Source: Octopus vulgaris (Eukaryota). Taken from it: a DNA stretch of 64,000 nucleotides. This document shows, piece after piece, positions 53,230 to 64,000 of this stretch. The first letter of the stretch is position 1. Every line of letters begins with the position of its first letter. The notes under the pieces are model-generated. The model was not told the origin of the DNA, did no database searches, and saw nothing but the letters and a program-made list of their open reading frames with translations. The stretch spans positions 201,438,001-201,502,000 of the forward strand of contig OX597815.1 in NCBI GenBank assembly GCA_951406725.2, read 5' to 3'. A program made the translations under genes and the position numbers.

Positions 53230-54214
53230 AAAAGAGAGAAAGAGAGAGAGAGGGAGAGAGAGAGACGCGAATATATTCAGAGATTGAGAGAAACCTAGGT
53301 GTGGTGAATATTACAGGTATGTAGATATATTTACGCATGTATACATATATGTATTAATATATGCATATCTATACGTATAAGAATATAAATCTCTATGTAT
53401 ATGCGTATGCACATACGTAATTCACCACTTTACCTCACAGCATGAAAATTCACATAATTAAAGGTTAAAATTCATTAGTAATTCATTAAACTTCAAAATT
53501 GTGTTTTCAATCCATGCTGCTTAATTTGATATTTGTCAGTGCTAAAATAAATATAAAAAAATAAATTTTACATTGATAATTCCCCATTCATTAGTGACTT
53601 CACAATCTTACAAAATACTTGCAATGGCCCTAAGTAAAAATGTTTTGTCTCAACTAAAATCATACTTAAATTGTTATCGCTACAGATGATCGTAGTAATT
53701 GTATATTGTTTATGAAATCATAAAATCAAAATTCAGTCTGCAAAAATGGAAGACATGTGGTGTTTATAGGTACATTAATTAATAAGAATCATGCTTGAAA
53801 ATCAATCATCATGCACCATAATCGAACGCAATACATTTGCATTACCTACTTACAAATATATTAATTATGTTTGGATTAGCCGGTATACATTTCAGTAATG
53901 GTTATGCAGGCGAATACGGTTGCTCAGTGGAATGTGTGTCATAGCGCTGATAGTGAGAGTGAATGACGATGGCATCGTTACAATTTTGAGATTACTGTTA
54001 CGCAACGTTTCACATTCTAACTCTTCATAAACAATACATTACATAAAACATAAAGAAACAAATTCATACTTATTTCTCCCGCTCTCACACTCTCTGTCTC
54101 TGTATACACTCACACCCACACAAATGTATATACAGAGAGAGAGAAGGGGGGAGAGAGAATGACAGACAGAGACAGATAGATAGATACATACATATATATA
54201 CACACATATGCATT

Positions 54215-54234
54215 CATATATATATGTGTGTATA

Positions 54235-54280
<46 letters not shown>

Positions 54281-54346
54281 TATATATATATATGTGTGTA
54301 TATATACACATATATATATACATATATATATGTGTATATATATGTA

Positions 54347-54406
<60 letters not shown>

Positions 54407-54415
54407 TATATACAC

Positions 54416-54494
<79 letters not shown>
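54215..54494. repeat. TA/TG microsatellite field
   Basis: Direct reading. Confidence 0.9.
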
Positions 54495-54687
54495 CGGGTG
54501 GCACGTAAAAAGCACCCACTACACTCACGGAGTGGTTGGCGTTAGGAAGGGCATCCAGCCGTAGAAACACTGTCAGATTTGACTGGGCCTGACGAAGCCT
54601 TCTGGCTTCACAGACCCCAGTAGAACCGTCCAACCCATGCTAGCATGGAAAACGGATGCTAAACGATGATGATGATGATGATGATGA
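54495..54687 (+). mobile_element. SINE/RTE-related short repeat 3' part with (GAT)n tail
   Basis: ggttggcgttaggaagggcatccagccgtagaaac resembles RTE-associated UTR sequence; ends in (gat)n. Confidence 0.55.
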
Positions 54688-56308
54688 TATATATATATAT
54701 AATGAAAGATGTGATTAACACCTTATAGAAAACATGGTATAAAGATCAACAAACTACGCAAATAATAAATAGTAAATACTACTACAATTTACTATATATT
54801 ATTTTTGTACTTTGTTGATTTTTAAAATAATCTGTTTATAGTATACGTTTTCTATATGGTGTGAATAACATCTTTCATTACTGAATTGTTTGATAGAGGA
54901 TTTTTCTCTAAATTATATACATATATTATATATTGTGAAATATACTATAAAACACCAAACATCGAACACCGATATGACCTTCTGTTCAGATTCCTCATGT
55001 TTGACAACAGGTTCTGAAATCTGACCGGAACGAAATCTCTGCTTTCTCTTGTTAGTATTGCGAAAACAGAACCATTTTCATCCCCAGTTACAATTCACAG
55101 CCTTAAAAGTGCATCTCGAGGATTCACCAGCAGTAGTTTTCGAATGTCCACAAATCACTGAGTTTAGTTATTGGGCATTCATGAAGAACATTCTCGACAG
55201 GGTCTGTTTACAAGGCCAACTTTATGGCAGGGTCAAATAAAGGACCAAGTACTACTGACAATGAAAGAGTGCTTGTGTCTGATGTTTAAACATTTCAAGT
55301 AAATCCTCATCTTTCACAATAGAAGGCCCGCCTTGGTGTGTCATCAAGACTGGTGTCCCCATCTTTGGAACGTCTGATACAGTTTTGCGTTACAATTATA
55401 ACCGGGCCTTCCGCATCATTAATTTCATTTGCGCAGCTCTTGCGTTAAGTCCATTTTCACACAGAAAGCGTAAAATGGTTATAATTACATTTTTTTACCG
55501 CTCATTTAAAAGAATATTCTATTAATATTTGTATGTGATATATGAAAATAAAGTATAAACAATTCAGCAACTATCAGAAAGAAACTTTTATCAAATGATT
55601 GTAATAACATGGAGATACAATTTACTAAACTAAACTCTTGACTCAATCTGGTATGTAACAATACAGCAATAAATTCGATCGCATATATATGTTTAGAAAA
55701 GGCATGCCTTCAAATCACACCATAATTGTTACTTCGTTTTAATTGCGTACGTCGATTATCGTGTAATTATTGAAGGCTTATTAGTAACACATTTACCAGG
55801 AAAAGATCGTTTAAAACATGGTATATATTTTAAGGACACTTTACAAGTTGAGACCAAAAAGTAAGAATTTAAAATTAAAAACTATCTGCAATTAATATTT
55901 AATTACAATGATTGAATATCGGTTGATATATTTTGCACTCACAAATTTAAGCTATATTAAAAGATATAAAGAATCTTATGCATCAGAATAAATTCATTAC
56001 TATGATCTATGTGATAAATTGTAACATTACACTTAGATTAATAAAGGAAATTGTTATTCATTTCACGACATTTTTCTATCATACATATAGAATGTCAGGT
56101 TAAAAGCGCTGTTATTCTAATTCCTTTAACGATTTATATTATCTGTTACATCTGACAATCATATGCCCTATAAACCCAAGGAGACTACTTTGAATGTCAT
56201 AATTTGTCATTGGACTACTCTCATGTCATGATTTTTCAATTTTGAAATTAAATATATCTTGTATGTGTATTCATTTTTGCACATCTCTTTGTCCCCCGTG
56301 TCTGTGTG

Positions 56309-56369
<61 letters not shown>

Positions 56370-57299
56370 CTACATATGTGTAGGTACCTATATATGTATA
56401 ATATATATGAGAGTGTATGCATATGTACACACAGCATGGCAAACACGTGCGTACTCATAACTGTATATACATATACATATATATACATGTATATATACAT
56501 ACATATATATATATATATGTATATATGTATATATACATAGATATAGATATGTGTGTGTGTGTAAATACATATGAGTTATATGAGTCTGTGTGTATGTATG
56601 ATGACTATTGTGTAGTTCGGTATGTTTGTGAGTAAACTATATTGGCATTTATTTCTGGAGGTTCGTGTGCTTGTGTGGTATATGTGAGTGGGTTTATATC
56701 GAAGGGTGTTTGTGTATATATGTATTCAGTTATAAGTATCAGGTTTAGCCACGCACCTCGTCGAGATAAATGTCTAAGCAAGTACATATGATTGTCATCT
56801 CAATGAAAAATTACCATTAATTCATTAACATCACTTTCGAAAATGTGATTTGATTAATTTAGGACTACTTTTGTGATAGTGATACCGCAACAGTTATGAA
56901 AAAGTTATTCATAATATATGTATCCTTGATATTCATCAAAACTGAAGAATTGTGTCGATCGCTGCACAAAATCCCCATTATGCAGGGTATGAAACAAAGT
57001 ATAGTAATGGCGCACAACAACAGTCTTGTGTTGGTCTTTACCTTTATATAATTTTGACGTTTCGCATAAAACATTTAGCCAATCCAATTTAAAAGCAGCT
57101 CTACAAATATATATTTTGTTGTAGTTTCTTAAACTAGCACTGCCAACTACCATCCCGAGATTATATGACCTGAAATGTAAATACAACATCAATTCCATAC
57201 ACAACACTCATGTTCATCTATAAAATGAGTTGTTTCTACAGCAGCATGAGGGCACAATCTTATACACAAACAGATACGCACACACGCACACATGTATAT

Positions 57300-58277
57300 A
57301 GGTTTTAAAGTTATCATCTGAACACTTAATACTAGTGTGAATCCAAATTCTTTTGGCGTAACCCAGTTAATGTGAACTTCACCATATATTTGAATAGATT
57401 TGTGTTTAAGTGAATGTCTGCATTTGCTTTTTTCGTTTTCAGTTGTAAACTAGACTTCTATAGTTGTATTTTTAAATAAATTATTACGTGGCTGCTACAG
57501 CAGGTGATGACGCTCCAGTTTTATGAAGAGTGCAAATGTGGGAAGCTGAATTAATGAGAGGAAGATGTTGAAGATGACGCAAGGTTTTGAGCTACTACAG
57601 CTGCCACCTAAAAATATAATGATCTTGTTCACAACATATTGTTGGATGACAGATGATTGAATATGAATCAATTAACGAATGCTGTTACATATTCCATAAC
57701 AGATTTCAGAATATTCTTCACACTGAACTCGGCACACCGAATTTTTTTCGCCGGGAGTGCCACGTCTTCTGATATTTTATCAAAAGTGTACCGGGCTGTG
57801 TTTTTTGACTATTTTGAAAAGGGCCAAACCTTCAATGCAGTGTATTATGCCAAGTGGCTGTGGTAGTTATGAAAGTGTATCAAGAACAAATGCCCAAGAA
57901 AGGAGCCTTCTCTTGTCAGGGCAATGCTCCATCACACAAGTCCTTGCTCACAATAAATGTTGTGCGTGACTGTCTGTGAACTCCATATTCTGATTTTGCC
58001 CTATCTGACTATCATCTGCTCCCTAACATCAGTAAAAAAAACCCCACTTATCTGGGATTCGTTATCACACTGACGTTGACACCGTATCTGCTGTGGAAGA
58101 CGTTTGTGACCAGTAGAATGAAAATATCTTCAACAATGGGATCCAAAAACTGCAACACCGATGGAAGACCAAACATGTGCAGATCAATGGGACTATGCTG
58201 AAAAATTAACCTCATTCGGTTACATTCCATGAGAATGTCTTCCTTAATATACAATTTTTTTTCTGCCGAGAGCCGTG
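57300..58277 (+). mobile_element. Decayed, internally deleted mariner transposon
   Basis: EDDAR, DDR*LNMNQL, ILHTELG, DYFEKGQTFNAVYYA, QGNAPSHKS (cf. HQDNAP.H), PYSDFALSDYHLLP (cf. YSPDLAPSDY), NGIQKLQHRWK, GDYAEK. Confidence 0.85.
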
Positions 58278-58278
58278 A

Positions 58279-58342
<64 letters not shown>

Positions 58343-60583
58343 ACTTCATCCCCCCTTTCGCTATGTTTCGTTCTTACTCTCTAACAGTGTATGGTTTAAA
58401 CGTTTACAAATTGTCACCATCTGTAGTGTATGCATTCCTCCTGCACATCTTATTGTATCGTTTATTCTGTTTCTTTTTCTCCATCCACTCTTTCTGTCTC
58501 TCTCCCCCGCCTGTCTCTCTCGCACTCTCCCTTTCTCTATGTCTCTCTTAAGCTCTCTAAGTAATGTAAAGCATGACTGGAGTAGTCAATCAACCATTAT
58601 TTTATCATTTATTATTACATCGAGATGATTATATCTTCCATGTGTAATTTCATGACATTGAGTGAAATCATGAAACGTTCTATGTTTCTCTGTTTCATGT
58701 TTTCATGTTACGTGTTTTCATTTTAATATTTTCGTGTTGCCCTTTTTCTTTCTCTCACGGGGTTTTATATGCGTTGAACATTGTAATTTCAAATTAGCTT
58801 TCACACTATCATATTTTTTCTGATTATTTTCCGAATTATCATAAAGTATTTTGTAACATTAAATAATGATGCATTCTACTGAGACTAGATAATATCATAT
58901 AAAATATATTACACTGGAAGTTGACGATACACTGAGATGCCTGTGTACTGGTTTAATATATAGAAATTATTTTTGCAGGTGAGAGAAATGGCCGTTTAAG
59001 TTAGATTTATCATATCCAAAAGAAAGTAAATTAAATACATGTTAACAAATTTTAACCCCGCATGGCTGTCGCAGCAACACGAGGCTCTGCTAGGTTTTAT
59101 ATGTTTCGCTCCAAATAATAGCAGATATAAAGTTTTAAAGAAAATCTCCCGAGACTTCAAATGAGAGTTAATACCATGTTTGAATCAAATAATTATTCAG
59201 TTGCATTCAACGCCAGGGGAAATATGCACTTCTATATTAGTGGATTCAGTTAATATCAACGTGGCAAATATAATCTGCTTCCTAGCAACACTCAATCCAA
59301 GATTTATAGCGATATTCTATTTGAGAATTTTAACCTAACAAAGCCTTCAATCTCTCGACTATTGGACAGGATTTCTGTTATGCCCACCGTAAAATATTTT
59401 GTAGATACCGATAAGTGATCTCGTCGAAAGTGTGATGAGCATGGCTATAATGCGAGATTCACAGAAATAAAACATGATCATAACCTATAGAAATATATTC
59501 GCAGTCACCTGACTTTCTGAATTCAGAAGTGAAATTTACTTAAATCGCTGCGTCTTTGATTTTTCCATCAAGGATAACTAGATATTGAATAATTAAAATA
59601 CGTACTTTATACGTCACCGTCACACACTAAAACCAGTAAATATTTTCATTGAAAGTACGATAAAACAATTGGTTTCGCTTCGCATGCTGTGGTCACGAGT
59701 ATGTTGTTGGCTATACTGATAGTGGATGTAAACAATTCTAGGGTTATACCCGATAAATTGGTCTGGCTATAGTTCACAGTGAATACCTAGCATGGAGTCA
59801 AGTAATAAAAGATAGTGAGTAAAAATGACAAAGAATACGAATTAAAAGATAAAATGAAGACAGATAAATATACAATAAGTATACACGTGTTGAGATGAAA
59901 ACATATATAGACATACATAGACACCGCACCACAAGCAGGTGACCACAAGTTGCCATACGAAACCGAGTATATTTAGGGAATTATCTTATCTAAAACGAGA
60001 CACCCAACGTGATGCACTCCGCAACGGTGGATACAACACAACTAACTGTATAATAGCTCTCCGGCAAGGGACAGGTGTGTGACTGGTCGAAATGATCGTT
60101 GTGTTGAATGAAGATACCTGCTAACTCCATTTTCCGCTTCCCTCATTCATTATATATAGGTTTGTGTCGCTGTGCGTGAGTGTATATGTGTGTGTGTCTG
60201 TGTGTACGTGATGGGGTTGCAGATTATACTTACGATTTTAATATAGATAGATATGTTCTGAAATTAATATTTTGAAGTCTTCTGTTCACGTTGTCATTTG
60301 AACTGGAAATTTTTACACTGCATAATTATTTCTTTCAAAAGATTGGGATTTGGCTCTCCTTTTCAGTGTTAGGCATTACTGAAAAAGTATAATAATAAAC
60401 ACCGACATATCTGTTTATTCCGAAAACACTACTAATAATATATTCGATTGTCGAATAATATAAGCACAACGTCTACAGCCACAAGCATATTTAAGAATAT
60501 GCCTGTTGAGAAATTGCCTGAAATTGCGGTATGACTGGAATAGTAGGATAGCTGGAGATAATTACTGTAGAACATTTATGATC

Positions 60584-60950
60584 ATGGGATGGAAGCACTC
60601 CGTCGGTTACGACGACGAGGGTTCCGGTTGATCGTGAAATTAACGTGTAAGTGGCTGAGCACTCCACAGACACGTGAACCCTTAACGTAGTTCTCGGGGA
60701 TATTCAGCGTGACACAGAGAGTGACAAAGCCGGCCGTTTGAAATACAGGTACAACAGAAACAGGAAGAAAGAGTGAGAGAAAGTTGTGGTGAAAGAGTAC
60801 AGCAGGGATCACTACCATCCTTGCCGGAGCCTCGTGGAGCTTTTAGGTGTTTTCGCTCAATAAACACTCACAACGCACGGTCTCAGAATCGAAACCGCGA
60901 TCCTACGACCGCGAGTCCGCTGCCCTAACCACTGGGACATTGCGCCTCCA
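60584..60950 (-). mobile_element. SINE family C2 (tRNA-Arg-like head)
   Basis: Minus head ggaggcgcaatgtcccagtggttagggcagcggacTCGcggtcgtaggatcgcggtttcgattct, followed by a non-tRNA body. Confidence 0.78.
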
Positions 60951-61827
60951 CTATTTATGATCATATAGCTTATAGGTTCTCCTAGGGCCTGTTTGCGACA
61001 CTCTAGTAACGGAACGTCAGTGGTTTTAAATTCCAATGGACCATGCCTTAATGAGCAATGCATTAAGGACAAAATAATTTAATCCTGGAAAGTGTACATA
61101 TATACAAACATTTTACTGTATGAAATATTTCAATAAAGCGTTCGGGTGTTTGGATTGATAGATTTAAGAAGTCACATATATGCAATATATTTCCAATAAT
61201 AATTAAGTGAATATTTGTATTTATATATACATAAATAATAATTTTGTTCTTGCTAGCTTCATAAATAAAGAATGTTAGAAATGGAATAGGGAAATACTAA
61301 TTACATTTAACATACATGCACTAAACGTCATATCATCTGTAAATACAAGTTCAAATAACTTTAACCTATAGCAGTGCAATAACCTAAACAGTGCAATATA
61401 ATTTAGGAATATTGGCGCATACCCATCTAAGTTTAAGCATCTTTAAGATAATTGTCAGCAATATTTTAGTTGAAAGATATCACATAATAACTTCAGTTGA
61501 AGATATGGAAATGCAAATCGCTGTGTCAATTCATTCAAGAATTTGGGATCCCAATAACAAAACAAATTAATCTCAGTTCCGAAGCATGGGAAGATATCAC
61601 AATTGCAGACCTTAGAATGACACTCACGAACGTTCATTAGTGGAAATTCTCTGGTCATCATAGGGTGTCAACTTTTGGCTTGCATCACTGCTGTACGTTC
61701 ATGAAAATTTAGTTCAGCTATTCAATAAGATTATGAAAGATCCTAAGAAAATATCTCATTCGTTAGCAAATGATATTACTTATCTACTTCCAAAGAATTA
61801 CGAAATCAAATTTCCCCAAAGTTTTAG

Positions 61828-62790
61828 GCACATCATCTGCCTATCTACCAAGCATAAAATTTCAACATACATCCTCGTGGATAAACCATACAAATTTATG
61901 GAAAAGAATTAAAGATATTAGATTTTGCAATACCAGGCGATTCGAGGGTGAAAAGTAAGGAAACAGAATCGATAGAGAAATATCAGCCACTACGGCACTA
62001 GATAGGAACATTATGGGACAAGAGGAAAGTAATGGAGATGCCGGTGGTTATTGACCCATCATCTGTCTATCTACCAAGCATAACATTTTAACATACATTC
62101 TCATGGATAAACCATAAAAATTTATTGACCAAAACCATATTTTCCCCACTGAACATAAAGGGTGCCGACGTGGCATAGGAGCCGACGTGGCATATGAGCT
62201 GGTATTTACTTTCCTTCTCACATGGGCTGCATCGTACACCACCGTGCCTTGCTCATAACGTACCGTAACATCCACTACTACTACTCGTCGGGACTGCGAA
62301 ATACCAGGTTGTTAATGAGCATGTCCTCAGAAACGCGGTAAACCGGCTCCCAGCTGGTCACCCAACCGTAACGCTAGACCTTCCTAGCCACCAGCAGTCA
62401 TATTGTATCATATGGATACACATATCAATCGCATGATCCCTGAGAACTGTTATAAAAAATGCAGATATCGCATTTGTACATGGATTGATTATAAGAAGGC
62501 TTTTGACAGCATACCGTAGCGATTGATCTTTAAATCACTGAATATCTTCAAACATACTCTTGTCCTTTCAAGATTCCTGAAGCACAACATGTCAGTGTGG
62601 AAGCATTAGGAGCAATTTCCAAGGGCTTTGAAAACATATTAAGAATATTGGAGCTGCTGCCAGGCTTGGGGTGATCCAAAAGAAAGCATCGTTGTGTACA
62701 GCTCGCATTCTAAGGGGAGTACCGTTTCTTTGAGTTAAAGGAGAATGCACTACTTGAGGCCTTTGGTGATTTGTTGTTGCCTGCTTTCAA
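61828..62790 (+). mobile_element. Mosaic of Dong-type LINE fragments (RLE domain split by an RT fragment)
   Basis: ILDFAIPGDSRVKSKETESIEKYQPL..LW..PVVI (61915-62053); then PIICLST, FPTEHKGCRRG, INRMIPENC, WIDYKKAFDSIP (62056-62600); then ALGAISKG..IQKKASLCTARILR (62603-62733). Confidence 0.75.
62195..62400 (-). mobile_element. R2/NeSL-like RLE-domain fragment in opposite orientation
   Basis: Minus strand RYGWVTSWEPVY..LINNLVFR..RVVVVDVTVRYEQG..AAH (cf. GW.V..EP..PDLV..VVDVTVRYE). Confidence 0.55.
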
Positions 62791-62873
62791 GTAAAGAATA
62801 ACCGGTAATTAAGACGTATCCGAGAATCTTTCAGAATAATAATAGTGATATATGTAGTAAGATTTGTAAAAGT

Positions 62874-62958
62874 AGAAGAAGAAGAAGAAGAAGAAGAAGA
62901 AGAAGAAGAAGAAGAAGAAGAAGAAGAAGAAGAAGAAGAAGAAGAAGAAGAAGAAGAA
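62874..62958. repeat. (GAA)n microsatellite
   Basis: Direct reading. Confidence 0.95.
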
Positions 62959-64000
62959 CAACAACAAGGACAAAGTGGAAGAGGAGGAACGCAATGAGAG
63001 AAAGAACAATTACAACTACAATCATATAATTCGTTCATTTTCCACAAACGCTCTCTTTAAGTCATGTGTACCATTCTACAAACCCGTGCAAATTTGAGGG
63101 AGTGGATCAACAGACAAATTTATATTTGAAATGATACAGGAATAAACAGAGAAAAATAAAATGTTATATAAAAATGAATCTAATTTTCCCTTCACGCATA
63201 CACTAACATCCGTTTTCTCTTAGAGCGTTCAAAGATTCACTCAACCTCCTAACATTGTAGAATTCTCGGAGTTCTCCGAAATTCCCATTCAGCATTTTTA
63301 CATTGGGTTAATTGAGGAAGAGAATCACATCTTCCGAGTAGAACTACTTAACCTTTCGGAAATATTTTTGCTGTTGCCACCCGTGTACGCTCACTGGTAT
63401 GCTGGATGTTGGACTTCTATTCTTTTTCTATCCATTAATTGATTTGTTGCAGTTGGTGCAATAACTTTAGATGTTCCTTGATATTATTTCTAATAACTGT
63501 AAGACTATTCCAGATCCGTAGTTCAGAATTTTCTTTCCGTTTCCTGAATTTTTTCTGATCGGGCCGTCTGACCTATCGATTTTGTCCTCTCTCGCGCTCT
63601 TTCTTTTTCTCTTCAATTCTTCTATAAGATGAATTTGTTCATCATCTTCACAGGTAAATTGGGAAGGATGATAGGAGGGAAAATGTTAACCATATTCAGC
63701 GTCTGTTACAGAACACATGGCTACCTACTCTGCCAGCTCCACACCAACATACGGAGCACTGTAATTATTTGCTACAATATCTGAAGACGGGTTTTATATG
63801 TTGGCCCACTTCAGAGTTGCAGTTCATGGCATGGTTTGAGATGCAACCCTAGGAACCTTTTACGTGTTCCTAGGGTTGCTGTATAGAAAGCCGTCAACCA
63901 GAGTTTGCTAGAAGTGAAAGAAACTGGTTTTCTGATATATATCCTGGGGTATAGTACTTTTGACGCTAAGACGATAATTGTATCCCGTTTCTGGATGGCT

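Noticed and set aside
55049-55360. Possible Tc1/mariner-superfamily relic (CPQITEFSYWAFMK); similar hint at 6815-6870
   Set aside because: One degenerate motif each and no TIRs found.
60880-60950. tRNA-like sequences here and at 25350-25419
   Set aside because: They continue into SINE bodies and lack a proper acceptor stem; SINE heads, not tRNA genes.

Overview
AT-rich, microsatellite-dense eukaryotic DNA with no convincing host protein-coding exon. The repeat content (tRNA-headed SINE families, (TA)n/(TAA)n/(CAT)n arrays) resembles an octopod cephalopod genome; this taxonomy is an inference from recognition, not a search. Nearly all supplied ORFs are translations of simple repeats or of decayed transposons. 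Recognisable relics are Penelope-like elements (PLEs; RT plus GIY-YIG), an RTE LINE with C-terminal C2H2 fingers, many R4/Dong-type LINE fragments (two embedded in (TAA)n), L1/Tx1 fragments, an R2-like fragment, a long-TIR Tc1 element, a mariner and about five SINE families. The most notable signal is a set of short non-coding repeats beside (TA)n tracts that carry minimal type I hammerhead ribozyme motifs with self-complementary stem III, from at least four dissimilar sequence families. They include a perfect 43-bp palindrome encoding a hammerhead on each strand, two U3-A8 covariant cores, and a 184-bp inverted duplication that starts at the predicted cleavage site. All motifs were read by eye and boundaries of decayed elements are approximate.
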